From an uncultured Bacteroidales bacterium (lineage in GTDB: Bacteria; Bacteroidota; Bacteroidia; Bacteroidales; CAYRRV01): a stretch of DNA of 64,000 bases. Each line of letters begins with the position of its first letter. Positions within the stretch are counted from its first letter, which is position 1. The translations under genes were made by a program, and so were the position numbers. Positions 37,735-47,451 of this stretch are shown here, in pieces. The notes below the pieces were generated by a model. It did not search any database, was not told the origin of the DNA, and saw only the letters and a list, made by a program, of their open reading frames with translations. Location of the stretch: NCBI GenBank assembly GCA_964426725.1, contig CAYRRV010000001.1:9190-73189 (forward strand), given 5' to 3'.

Positions 37735-39066
37735 ATGGGTAGAATTTATGAGAAGATAAAGCAATTTCCTTTCACCCCGGGGAATAAGCCATTTTTTTAT
37801 GGATGGATTATTTTGATAGCCGGCATCATTGGTATGCTGATAAGTGTACCTGGCCAGACTATTGGAGTTTCTGTTTTTACTGATCCATTACTGGAAGCTC
37901 TCAGGGTAAGTCGTGTTAACCTGAGTAACGCGTATATGTTTGGAACCTTTCTCAGTGCGCTGCTCATTACCCGGGCCGGGTATTTTTATGATCGTTTTGG
38001 TGCAAGGATCACGGCTGTATCAGCCGGGTTTTGCCTGGGTTTGGTATTGTTTTTTTTTTCCCGGATTGACAGGATCGTGTTTGGGATGCACGATCTTTTT
38101 AATTTTACGGAACATGTAATACTTGCAGGAGTATTAGCTACCCTGGGCTTTTTTGGACTACGTTTTTTTGGACAGGGTGTATTAACCATGTTAAGTCGAA
38201 ATATGGTTATGAAGTGGTTTGATGCCAGACGCGGGTTTGTAAATATGTTTCTTGGAGCCTTTGTTGCAGTGGGATTTTCTTTGGCCCCGCAATTTTTCAA
38301 TAGCCTTATAGAGAATTTTACGTGGCGAGGAGCCTGGTTCTATATTTCTATTTTTGCAGGTATCTTTTTTCCCGTGTTCGCTTTTATCTTTTTCAGGGAT
38401 AATCCTCACATGTACGGTTTAATTCCGGATGGTAGTCTTGTAAAGCCTAAGAAATTGTTAATCAGTCGAAAATCTAATAGTGTTAGAGATTATGAATTGT
38501 CTGAAGTAAAGCGCGAATTTCTATTTTGGATATTTAATCTTGCATTGGTAATGAATGCTTTATATATTACAGCGATTACTTTTCACATTGAATCTATCTT
38601 TGAAACTGCCGGAATGACAAAACAACAGGCAATTTCCATTTTTTTCCCTACAGCTATTATTGCATTGATTTTTAGTATTGCCGGTAATTTTAGCAGTGAT
38701 TATATTAAATTGAAATACCTCCTGTACATTGATATTACCGGACTGTTGTTTAGTTCAGTAGCTTTGGTTTTATTAAGGGATTCATTTTTCATAACCGGAT
38801 TGCTTATTTTTGGGAATGGTATGGCAAATGGCATGTTCGGTGTTATAAGCGCAATAACCTGGCCCAGGTTTTTTGGACTCAAAAGTCTAGGGGCCATATC
38901 CGGATACTCTACAAGTTGGTGGGTTGCCGGAAGTGCCGTGGGACCTTTTTTATTTAGTCTTTCTTTCAGATTTATTGGTAATTATAAGATGGCGGCAATG
39001 TTTTGCGCGATTGTTTCCCTTGTACTTTTATTTCTTGCTGTTAGATCGAAAAAAATTGAAAAATAA
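37735..39066 (+). CDS. MFS transporter
   Basis: It has about 12 predicted TM helices and the MFS-type loop motif RAGYFYDRFGAR between TM2 and TM3. I chose the ATG at 37735, because the ORF-track start at 37624 lies inside the tRNA. Confidence 0.75.
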   Translation: MGRIYEKIKQFPFTPGNKPFFYGWIILIAGIIGMLISVPGQTIGVSVFTDPLLEALRVSRVNLSNAYMFGTFLSALLITRAGYFYDRFGARITAVSAGFCLGLVLFFFSRIDRIVFGMHDLFNFTEHVILAGVLATLGFFGLRFFGQGVLTMLSRNMVMKWFDARRGFVNMFLGAFVAVGFSLAPQFFNSLIENFTWRGAWFYISIFAGIFFPVFAFIFFRDNPHMYGLIPDGSLVKPKKLLISRKSNSVRDYELSEVKREFLFWIFNLALVMNALYITAITFHIESIFETAGMTKQQAISIFFPTAIIALIFSIAGNFSSDYIKLKYLLYIDITGLLFSSVALVLLRDSFFITGLLIFGNGMANGMFGVISAITWPRFFGLKSLGAISGYSTSWWVAGSAVGPFLFSLSFRFIGNYKMAAMFCAIVSLVLLFLAVRSKKIEK

Positions 39067-39190
39067 TTTTTTAATTTTTTTTAATCAGGTTTTATGCTAT
39101 ATATATGGCCTACCGGAATAAGTTAGACAAAAATATATGACTAACAATATAGCGATTTTGAAAAAAGCTTGGAGATATCTAAAATATCCC

Positions 39191-39198
39191 TATTTTTG
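39191..39198 (+). promoter_or_regulatory. Candidate -7 box (TATTTTTG) upstream of the polysaccharide locus
   Basis: It is an exact TAnnTTTG match, 108 nt upstream of the ATG at 39306. Confidence 0.3.
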
Positions 39199-39305
39199 TA
39201 CTGCTAACCGGATACCGATTTTTTTGTGCTAATAAATATTACTTTTTAATAACAGATGGTATTAAAAAGTGATAAATGAACGGAGGTAACTAAATTTATT
39301 GTATT

Positions 39306-41195
39306 ATGATTTTGCCAAGGCAAAGCAGCCCGAGGTGGGTTATATTTTTAATAGATTTGACAATAAGCCTGATATCTATATTAATGGCTTATCTTTTACG
39401 GTTTAATTTTGCTATCCCGGAAACTTATCTTTCCACGTTGAAATTTGTTATTCCTTTTGTTTTGGTTTTACGGGCAATCACCTTCTTTTTAGGTAAAACT
39501 TACGCGGGTATTGTAAGATATACCGGACTTAAAGACGCTGAGAGAATTCTTTTGGTGGTTACGTGTGGCAGTCTTATTCTCATTCTATCCAACTACGTGA
39601 ATTATCTCTCCGCGAACAAGACGATTCTCATCCCTTTTTCTGTTATTATAATAGACCTGATCACCACGGTTTACCTTATGACTTCATTGCGGTTGGCCGT
39701 GAAATTTCTGTATGTCGAATTTAGTCATTCAGGGGGTGAGAAGAAAAATATTGTCATATTTGGGACTCGTGAGCTGGCTGTTCTTACCAAGCGAGCCCTC
39801 GATTTTGATACGGAAAACAGGTACAGGATTGTAGCTTTCATTGATAGTTTCAATCCAAAGAATAAAAAACTGGAAGGCATAAGTATTATTCACTACTATA
39901 AGTTGGAATCTATTATAGAAAAGCAAAATATTCAGACTCTTATATTTGCTAAAAGTTATGTAACTCCTGCTATAAAAAATCAGATTGTAGATTTATGTCT
40001 TTCCAGAAATATTGAAGTTAAAACAGTACCAGCTATTAAATCATGGATTGACGGGCAGTTGAGTGCCAGACAACTGAAAAAAATCAGGATTGAAGATTTA
40101 CTGGAACGCTCACCCATTATCCTGGATACAACAAAAATTAAAAAACAACTGGAGAACAAGGTTGTTTTGGTGACCGGGGCTGCCGGATCTATTGGAAGTG
40201 AAATAGTGAGACAGGTATCTAGATTTCCCATAAGAAAACTGATCATGCTCGATCAGGCCGAAAGCCCTCTTTACAGTCTCGAACTGGAAATTATTCAACA
40301 GTGCGCTCGTGAACAGATAGCTGTTGAAATTGGCGACATTACGAACCGGGCCAGGATGGAAAACATATTCAGGTTATATAAACCGGACATTATCTATCAC
40401 GCGGCAGCGTACAAGCATGTTCCCATGATGGAAAACATGCCTACCGAGGCTGTTAGAAATAATGTGTTCGGGACAAAACTGATTGCTGATTTGGCCGTGA
40501 AACATAAATCCGGTAGATTTGTGATGGTATCTACAGATAAAGCCGTGAATCCTACAAACGTGATGGGAGCAACCAAGAGATTGGCAGAAATCTACACGCA
40601 ATCTCTCCATGGTCGTTCTTCAACAGCATTTATTACCACCAGGTTTGGGAATGTCCTGGGTTCAAATGGTTCCGTGATTCCCCTTTTCCGCCAGCAAATA
40701 GAAAATGGAGGTCCGGTAACAGTTACACATCCTGAGATTACCAGGTTTTTTATGACTATTCCCGAGGCTTGTCAGTTGGTACTGGAGGCCGGTGCATTGG
40801 GTACCGGGGGGGAAATTTTTGTATTCGACATGGGAAAATCTGTCAAGGTACTTGATTTAGCCAAAAACATGATTCGGTTATCCGGTTTTGAACCGAATAA
40901 AGACATAAAAATTGTTTACACGGGACTTCGTCCTGGAGAAAAACTATATGAAGAAGTATTACATAATAATGAAAATACAATTCCCACTCATCATCCGAAA
41001 ATAAAAATTGCTGAAGTAAGGAAGTATAATTACAAGCATGTTTCGGAAAAAATTAATAACCTGGTATTCCCGGAAAAAGCACAGGATAATTTTGCTGTCG
41101 TTCGTATCCTGAAGGATATCATTCCCGAGTATATTAGTAAAAATTCAATTTACGAGCAGCTCGATAGTACATTCGTCGCTTCAACAACCCCCTGA
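39306..41195 (+). CDS. Membrane-bound nucleotide-sugar 4,6-dehydratase/epimerase (CapD/WbpM/PglF-like polysaccharide biosynthesis protein)
   Basis: It has four N-terminal TM helices, the Rossmann motif VTGAAGSIGSE, the YKHVP catalytic region and VSTDKAVNPTNVMGATKR. Confidence 0.85.
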   Translation: MILPRQSSPRWVIFLIDLTISLISILMAYLLRFNFAIPETYLSTLKFVIPFVLVLRAITFFLGKTYAGIVRYTGLKDAERILLVVTCGSLILILSNYVNYLSANKTILIPFSVIIIDLITTVYLMTSLRLAVKFLYVEFSHSGGEKKNIVIFGTRELAVLTKRALDFDTENRYRIVAFIDSFNPKNKKLEGISIIHYYKLESIIEKQNIQTLIFAKSYVTPAIKNQIVDLCLSRNIEVKTVPAIKSWIDGQLSARQLKKIRIEDLLERSPIILDTTKIKKQLENKVVLVTGAAGSIGSEIVRQVSRFPIRKLIMLDQAESPLYSLELEIIQQCAREQIAVEIGDITNRARMENIFRLYKPDIIYHAAAYKHVPMMENMPTEAVRNNVFGTKLIADLAVKHKSGRFVMVSTDKAVNPTNVMGATKRLAEIYTQSLHGRSSTAFITTRFGNVLGSNGSVIPLFRQQIENGGPVTVTHPEITRFFMTIPEACQLVLEAGALGTGGEIFVFDMGKSVKVLDLAKNMIRLSGFEPNKDIKIVYTGLRPGEKLYEEVLHNNENTIPTHHPKIKIAEVRKYNYKHVSEKINNLVFPEKAQDNFAVVRILKDIIPEYISKNSIYEQLDSTFVASTTP

Positions 41196-41218
41196 TGACC
41201 CTAAAAATGTAAATTCAG

Positions 41219-42316
41219 ATGTCTTTTAAGAAGAATGTTATATGTTTTTTTAACAGTAATAAAGAATGGGGGGGCGGTGAAAAATGGCATCATGATTTTC
41301 TTTGCAAGTTAAATCATGCAGGTTATCCTGTCTTGGCAATTACTCATGTAGCTGGTGAATTGGGTGCTAAATTAGCCAGGTTAAAATGTCTTCAGTTGCA
41401 AATAAGGGTGCGTAACCTGAGTTTTATTAATCCTGTTAAGGTGTTCAGGGTGTATCTGTTTTTAAAGAGGAATAATGTAAAAACCGTGATATTAGGCCTG
41501 CCCGCGGACATTAAGCTGGGAGGAATCGCCGCAAAAATGGCCGGGGTCAATAAAATTATATACCGTAGAGGTTCGGCTATACCCGTGCGAAATCATTTCC
41601 TGAACCGTTTTATCTTTAAAAAAGTGCTGACTGATGTCATCGTGAATTCAAGAGAAATAAAAAAAAATGTATTGATTAATAATCCTGGTATTATAGATGA
41701 GCACAAAATTCATATCATTTATAATTCCGTGGAAATAAGTGATTTTCAACAAATCTCATACCCCTCCCTTGATTATTCTGAAAACGGGAAGGAAATATAT
41801 CTTGGTAATGCCGGGCGGTTCGTTGAACAAAAAGGACAGCATTTCCTGTTTAAAATTGCCGAACAATTAAATTTATCATCCACACCTTTCAGGATGTTAA
41901 TAGCGGGAAAAGGTCCTCTTGAAAAAAAATTAAAAGCAGAGACAAAAAGATTAGGATTTGAAAGCCAAATTATCTTTACCGATTTCGTTCAGGATATGAA
42001 CAATTGGTTCCGTAAAATTGACCTTTTTCTCCTCCCTTCTCTTCACGAGGGAACAGCCAACGTGGTGCTGGAAGCCATGGCTGCCTGCAAACCGGTTATT
42101 GCCTTTAATCTAAGTAGTATGCCTGAACTGATAGAGGATGGACAAACAGGGTATCTTGTAAATTTTGGTGATGTAAACGGGTTTGTTGAAAAAATTGCAT
42201 TCTTATACAGGAATAAATCATTGATAAAGATTCTGGGTGAGAATGCAAGAAATAAAGTCGCGAGAGATTTTAATTCCGATAATGCCCTCGCACAGTTAAT
42301 TAATATGGTACAATGA
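41219..42316 (+). CDS. Glycosyltransferase family 4 (GT-B)
   Basis: The C-terminal sequence PSLHEGTANVVLEAMAACKPVIAF...ELIEDGQTGYL is an E-x7-E type motif. Confidence 0.8.
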   Translation: MSFKKNVICFFNSNKEWGGGEKWHHDFLCKLNHAGYPVLAITHVAGELGAKLARLKCLQLQIRVRNLSFINPVKVFRVYLFLKRNNVKTVILGLPADIKLGGIAAKMAGVNKIIYRRGSAIPVRNHFLNRFIFKKVLTDVIVNSREIKKNVLINNPGIIDEHKIHIIYNSVEISDFQQISYPSLDYSENGKEIYLGNAGRFVEQKGQHFLFKIAEQLNLSSTPFRMLIAGKGPLEKKLKAETKRLGFESQIIFTDFVQDMNNWFRKIDLFLLPSLHEGTANVVLEAMAACKPVIAFNLSSMPELIEDGQTGYLVNFGDVNGFVEKIAFLYRNKSLIKILGENARNKVARDFNSDNALAQLINMVQ

Positions 42317-43713
42317 ATAAAATCAAAATATTCTGTTCGCTGTTGTTTTTAATTACTGCTTGGCCATGTGATGTTTCAGGACAGTTGAAATCTCCTGAAA
42401 TAGAGGCTTATTCAGGAGGAAACACCGCGACAGGTGAAAATGCTCCTTTCTGGTTTATTTCTGGCAACCATGGCATTTTTTCTTTACAACCTCATGGGGC
42501 ATTTGCCGGAATTTCTCTTCTTACAACCGATTCAGTAAAACAATTCTTGGATTATAACTTTGGAATGGAAATCAGGAATCGTTATGATAAAAATGGTTAT
42601 GATCTTAGATTTCAACAAGCTTACATAGAAGGAAGAATTTGGGAAGTGAAAATCCGGGCTGGTAGAATGGAGGAATTTATCGGGAACCAGGATAGTTTAT
42701 TCAGCATGGGCGGTACAGTTTGGTCTTCTAATGCACCCCCAATGCCCAAAATTGCAATATCATCCAATGGATATGTTGATGTGCCTTTAACAAGAGGATG
42801 GCTTCAAATAAACGCTTACCTGGCCCACGGGTGGTTCGAAAATAGCCGGTTCGTTGAAAATCTTTACATGCATCACAAGTATTTACACGGGAAAATTGGT
42901 GGGGATCTTATGGTAAATATCAGTTACGGGTTACAGCATTTCGGGCAATGGGGAGGTGTTTCTCCCGTGGAGAGATTCGGTAAATTACCATCTGACTGGG
43001 ATGCCTTTAAAAGAGTATTCATGGCTAAAAGTGGTGAATCAGGCACTGTCGATACCAACGAAATCATTAACCGCCTTGGAAACCATCTGGGCTCCCGTAA
43101 TTATGGTATTGACGTGAAACTGGAAAACGCGACTACCGGGTTGTACTATCAAACCATTTTCGAGGATAACTCCGGGAAAAATGATAAAATCAGCAGGGAT
43201 GGTCTTTGGGGATTGTGGCTTACTTTTAATAATAAAAACAAAATAGTGAATCATCTTTTGTACGAGTACCTTAACACAACTTATCAGTCCGGTCCGGTAC
43301 ACAAAATAGGTGAAACTGTCCTGGGCGGAAATGATAATTACTTTAATAATTATTTATATCCTGACGGGTGGACGTATCATGACTATACCCTGGGTACACC
43401 GATGATTACTTCACCCATCATGAAACAGGGTAACCGTACTATTATTAATAACCGCGTTACAGCTCATCACCTTGGAATTTCAGGAATAATTGCCGGAAAA
43501 ATATCCTACAAAACCTTCTTTACATACTCTTGTAACAAGGGTACGTATAGCTTGCCTTTCCCGAATGATAAACACCAGTTTAGCTGGTACGGGGAAACTC
43601 AAATTCCCCTGAACAAATATAAATTATTCCTCGATATAGCCCTGGCTGCCGATTATGGTGAATTACACGGTGAAAATGTTGGAATGATGTTACAAATCAG
43701 GAAGATCCTGTAG
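42313..43713 (+). CDS. Outer-membrane protein, possibly of the capsule-assembly Wzi family
   Basis: It has a signal peptide, an N-terminal GENAPFWFISGNHG motif, beta-rich Gly/aromatic composition, and a length (466 aa) and locus context that fit Wzi. The assignment comes from memory of family features, not from a search. Confidence 0.45.
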   Translation: MNKIKIFCSLLFLITAWPCDVSGQLKSPEIEAYSGGNTATGENAPFWFISGNHGIFSLQPHGAFAGISLLTTDSVKQFLDYNFGMEIRNRYDKNGYDLRFQQAYIEGRIWEVKIRAGRMEEFIGNQDSLFSMGGTVWSSNAPPMPKIAISSNGYVDVPLTRGWLQINAYLAHGWFENSRFVENLYMHHKYLHGKIGGDLMVNISYGLQHFGQWGGVSPVERFGKLPSDWDAFKRVFMAKSGESGTVDTNEIINRLGNHLGSRNYGIDVKLENATTGLYYQTIFEDNSGKNDKISRDGLWGLWLTFNNKNKIVNHLLYEYLNTTYQSGPVHKIGETVLGGNDNYFNNYLYPDGWTYHDYTLGTPMITSPIMKQGNRTIINNRVTAHHLGISGIIAGKISYKTFFTYSCNKGTYSLPFPNDKHQFSWYGETQIPLNKYKLFLDIALAADYGELHGENVGMMLQIRKIL

Positions 43714-43816
43714 AAACATGATTTAGGATTTTTAATATTGCACCTTTTATCATGATTAATTTCAACCATTTAATACTTATCGTGTTATTCATAATATAAC
43801 TAAATGTTTTACAAAC

Positions 43817-44185
43817 ATGGACAAGAAAATTATATTACTTCGGGCAAACATTCAGAAAGATAAGTCAGCCATATTACAGCTAAGAAATCATGATGAAGAC
43901 AAATGGAAAGATAATGATTTGGTTACCCATGTTGTGCCGGGCGATGATATAGAATGGAGAATTGATGATAATTCTATACAATCCATTGGGAATGTTGCAT
44001 CAAAGAGAAGAGTAACGATATTCTCGGAAAAGCCAAACGGGCCTGATTCGAATGGCACATGGACTGCCAGGGTTAGCGAGGTGGCTGCTCCCAATGTAGA
44101 AGAACATTACCTGATTACATACAGGGACAAAAATGGGAATAACCATACCATTGATCCGGTTATTAAAGTGAAAATACCAGACTAA
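43817..44185 (+). CDS. Hypothetical protein (122 aa), no recognisable family
   Basis: It is an intact ORF with codon usage like its neighbours and no signal peptide. The sequence looks beta-rich (IEWRIDD, TWTARV, HYLITYRD). Confidence 0.5.
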   Translation: MDKKIILLRANIQKDKSAILQLRNHDEDKWKDNDLVTHVVPGDDIEWRIDDNSIQSIGNVASKRRVTIFSEKPNGPDSNGTWTARVSEVAAPNVEEHYLITYRDKNGNNHTIDPVIKVKIPD

Positions 44186-44392
44186 TGTCGTTACTTGAAT
44201 GATGTTAAACCCCAATTTTCATGCTTATTCGCGTGTATTGATTTGATTGAGAGGTATGTTGGGTCATACATTTCATAATTTTCGAAATCAGGGAAGCGCT
44301 TCTTATAGCTCATGATCAAAGGGAGCAATCATTTATTTTCGGGTAATTATCAGGCGATGTTATACCAAATATCCAATTCCACATTAATTCAC

Positions 44393-44400
44393 TATCTTTG
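44393..44400 (+). promoter_or_regulatory. Candidate -7 box (TATCTTTG) for the GT9 gene
   Basis: It is an exact TAnnTTTG match, 11 nt upstream of the ATG at 44412. Confidence 0.4.
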
Positions 44401-44411
44401 CACACAAAAAA

Positions 44412-45401
44412 ATGCCAGTCAGGTTTCTGATTATCCGTTTTAGTTCGATTGGAGATATTGTACTTACCACACCAGTAATTCGTTGCTTGAAGCAACAGGT
44501 CGAAGGAGCAGAGGTTCATTATCTTACCAAAAAGCAATTCGTTTCATTACTCGACAAGAATCCATATATTGATAAACTTCATTTACTGGAAGATAATCTG
44601 AATGAGTTATTGCTAAATCTCGAAAATGAAAATTTTGATTATATTATTGACCTGCATAATAACCTCCGGTCGTCCATAGTAAAAAGAAAGCTCCGGATTA
44701 TCTCTTTTTCCTTTAATAAACTTAACCTGAAAAAATGGTTGCTGGTGAATTTCAAGATTAACAGGATGCCCCATTTGCATATTGTTGACAGGTACATGGA
44801 AACCTTAAAAGTATTTGACGTAAAAAATGATAACCTGGGGCTTGATTATTTTATTCCTGAAGATGACATTGTAGACGTTAGTGAAATTTCTCCGGCGCTA
44901 AAAAAGGGTTACGTTGTTATCGTGCTGGGAGCCAATCATAAAACAAAGCAAATTCCTAACGAGAAAATTATTGAAGTTGCCAATGGCCTGTCTTACCCGG
45001 TAATTTTAATTGGAGGTCCTGACGATACAGCTCGTGGCAATGAAATAGCCAGTCGATGCAAAAATGTATATAACGTGGCCGGCAATTATTACTTCAACCA
45101 ATCTGCCTCTGTGATGGAGCAATCCGAAATGGTAATTACTCCCGATACCGGCATGATGCATATCGCGGCAGCCCTGAAGAAAAATATCATTTCGGTATGG
45201 GGCAACACGGTACCCGAATTTGGCATGTTTCCTTATCAGCCAGGTGAAAATTCGGAGATTTTCGAGGTAAAAGGATTAAGTTGCCGGCCTTGTTCAAAAC
45301 TGGGATTTGAAAAATGCCCGAAAAAGCATTTCAGGTGCATGCTTGATCATGACACGGGTGAAATTATCGGGAAAGCAAAAAGTATTTTGGCATCAGGTTG
45401 A
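44412..45401 (+). CDS. Glycosyltransferase family 9 (heptosyltransferase-like)
   Basis: It begins RFLIIRFSSIGDIVLTTPVIRCLK and has the C-terminal PDTGMMHIAAAL. Confidence 0.8.
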   Translation: MPVRFLIIRFSSIGDIVLTTPVIRCLKQQVEGAEVHYLTKKQFVSLLDKNPYIDKLHLLEDNLNELLLNLENENFDYIIDLHNNLRSSIVKRKLRIISFSFNKLNLKKWLLVNFKINRMPHLHIVDRYMETLKVFDVKNDNLGLDYFIPEDDIVDVSEISPALKKGYVVIVLGANHKTKQIPNEKIIEVANGLSYPVILIGGPDDTARGNEIASRCKNVYNVAGNYYFNQSASVMEQSEMVITPDTGMMHIAAALKKNIISVWGNTVPEFGMFPYQPGENSEIFEVKGLSCRPCSKLGFEKCPKKHFRCMLDHDTGEIIGKAKSILASG

Positions 45402-45496
45402 AATGAAAATTTGCGGGTAAGAATGACAGAGCAACCAATAATCATCAATTACAATAACATGACTATCTTTTATGAATTTCATGACAATTTGTATAA

Positions 45497-46981
45497 CTAA
45501 CGCGTAATAAACCTTCCGATCTCCTCCGCCCATATCGCGTAACCGGTATCGTTCATGTGCAGGCTGTCTGATTGCCAGATATCCTCGCGAATATTTCCAT
45601 TTTTTTGCATCATTGACAGGAATATATCAATATAGGTGACATGTTCATAGGTTGCGGCTAAACTGTCAAGTTTCTGATTGAAAGAAATAGATTCATGCAT
45701 CAAATGTCTTCTGGCTATGCTGGGTTTCACCGAGAGTAGGTAAATTTCAGTACCTGGCAAACGGTCAGTCACTATATCAATGAAGCCTTTCACGTTATGA
45801 ATAATATCTGCTACCGGTATGCCCATGGCTATATCATTATCGCCTTCAAAATATACGATTTTCGAGGGTTTCGCGGGAATTACAATTCGCTCGGCGAACC
45901 ATAATGCCTCTGCCGCGATGGAACCACCAAATCCGCGATTATAGACGATTTGGCCTGAAAAATCATCCGGTAAAGTATACCATTCTCTAATCGATGAACT
46001 TCCAATGAACAATGTATTGTTCTTCGCGTAACCAAAATAATCACCCATGGCTTCAAAATATACAATGTCTTGTTCGTAGCGGTAAGGGGGTGAATTAATA
46101 ATATCTGCCCTGTTCATTAAACGTGAGTCGAAATAATCAATGGTTTCTCCATTTTTTGTTATCTCGCCGGTAATGAAAGGATCCTGTAAATGAATTTTAA
46201 TTACTTCAGGTGATGATGAAGTCAGATATATGATAGTGTCTGCATAACGGACTTCCAAATGGTTTTCATCATGTTGAATTTTCAGAAAGAGGGTATCGTG
46301 TTCTATATTTCCTTTCACCCCGTGTTTGAAATCGGGTGAAACATTACTGCCGACCTTCATTTGATAACACGCGAGCGTGTTCATGTGTAATCGGTTAACA
46401 TGAAACCAGGATGAAAACTGCAACTCCTCATTTCCGCCATCAGCATCGGCTACAACCATCTGCATGCCAAAATGTTTCTTTCGCGATGAATGCTCCCCGA
46501 GTTCAGACAAGGGGACAACCGCCTTAAACCGGTATCCTTTTTCAATTAGTTCCGCGCTGGCATTTATCGGTGGAATTTTTAATCGTGCTTCCCTGCTTGT
46601 ACGCCAGTCATGCACGATAACTTTTGCCTCATTTTTCTCCCCCGGGGGCAAAATAATATAACGTAACCTGTTCGTGCTTCCCCTGAAAGATGAAAGGTAT
46701 ATTTCCACCCTGTCGCTGCTAAATACCTTTTCGTTATTAACAAATACCTGCTCATCATACACTTCTCCGCTAATGACCACGTTGTCATTTTCGAGGTACG
46801 CGTTAAACCGGGCTGTAGCATCTTGTTTTTCCTGTATATCATCAGGATACAGGTAAACATTGAATTCATTGACACTATCAGGGTTTTCAGGGATTACCAA
46901 AGCACGGGTATTTTTAATGTCTAATTCAGGTTTACACGAGATTGCCAGAAAACACAATATTAACAGCACGACTTGTTGCAT
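45497..46981 (-). CDS. Lipoprotein with an N-terminal carbohydrate-binding-like domain and a C-terminal SGNH/GDSL hydrolase
   Basis: It has the lipobox CFLAISC. The SGNH blocks are FIGSSSI (Ser), GFGGS, YFEGDNDI and SDSLHMNDTG (Asp..His). I chose the ATG at 46981 over the GTG at 47023. Confidence 0.7.
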   Translation of the reverse strand: MQQVVLLILCFLAISCKPELDIKNTRALVIPENPDSVNEFNVYLYPDDIQEKQDATARFNAYLENDNVVISGEVYDEQVFVNNEKVFSSDRVEIYLSSFRGSTNRLRYIILPPGEKNEAKVIVHDWRTSREARLKIPPINASAELIEKGYRFKAVVPLSELGEHSSRKKHFGMQMVVADADGGNEELQFSSWFHVNRLHMNTLACYQMKVGSNVSPDFKHGVKGNIEHDTLFLKIQHDENHLEVRYADTIIYLTSSSPEVIKIHLQDPFITGEITKNGETIDYFDSRLMNRADIINSPPYRYEQDIVYFEAMGDYFGYAKNNTLFIGSSSIREWYTLPDDFSGQIVYNRGFGGSIAAEALWFAERIVIPAKPSKIVYFEGDNDIAMGIPVADIIHNVKGFIDIVTDRLPGTEIYLLSVKPSIARRHLMHESISFNQKLDSLAATYEHVTYIDIFLSMMQKNGNIREDIWQSDSLHMNDTGYAIWAEEIGRFITR

Positions 46982-47085
46982 ATTTTTAATAATTGTTATC
47001 AAATGTTGGTTAATCTGTTGCACGTGTTTGAAATATATTCATGTCATTGAATTAAAGCATATCCTTTTGCAATAAATTTTAATAT

Positions 47086-47122
47086 TAAATCCCTCGACCG
47101 TTTCCGACAACTGGCGGATGAG
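47086..47122. repeat. REP-like element, left copy. It is the inverted partner of 53032..53071.
   Basis: The reverse complement of TTAAATCCCTCGACCGTTTCCGACAACTGGCGG matches 53039..53071 at 32 of 33 positions. Confidence 0.8.
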
Positions 47123-47350
47123 TAATTAAATTCCCGAGAGTCAGGAAGCAGAACCTTTAGCTCCCGACCAAATGGAACAATCACTCAATTTGGGTAAAAT
47201 TGAACAAGCATCCGTTTACCATGTCAAATGTAGCGCATCATTACAAATATACCAATAAGTGTCTATAGTATTCTCATTATGTATTTTACAATTTTTATTA
47301 CCTATGGTTAAAAAAAACTCATCAGAACTTTGTTGCTTTAAAATAACTCT

Positions 47351-47358
47351 TAAATTTG
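47351..47358 (+). promoter_or_regulatory. Candidate -7 box (TAAATTTG) for the alpha-2-macroglobulin gene
   Basis: It is an exact TAnnTTTG match, 94 nt upstream of the ATG at 47452 and inside the inverted-repeat-bracketed segment. Confidence 0.3.
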
Positions 47359-47451
47359 AAACATTTTATTGATCATTGAGCGGAATCGTTCAATTTAAGA
47401 TATATTTTACTGAGCCATGTTTTCTGAAAACTAACAAAAAATTAAAATATC

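Noticed and set aside
39241-39270. An AT-rich hairpin (ACTTTTTAATA-8 nt-TATTAAAAAGT) lies upstream of the CapD-like gene. I considered it as an invertible-promoter inverted repeat.
   Set aside because: The arms are only 8 nt apart, so no invertible promoter segment lies between them. There is no recombinase nearby, and the sequence is almost pure A/T.
44205-44312. A 35-aa minus-strand ORF (MSYKKRFPDFEIMKCMTQHTSQ...) lies in the spacer between the 122-aa ORF and the GT9 gene.
   Set aside because: It is very short, has no motif and no obvious promoter box, and sits where the GT9 promoter is expected.
47125-47185. The string GAGTCAGGAAGCAGAACC looks superficially like the SRP/4.5S RNA domain IV motif (GUCAGG...GGAAGCAGC).
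   Set aside because: There is no intervening GNRA tetraloop hairpin, no complementary 5' and 3' closing helix, and no flanking structure of about 100 nt. The similarity is probably due to chance.
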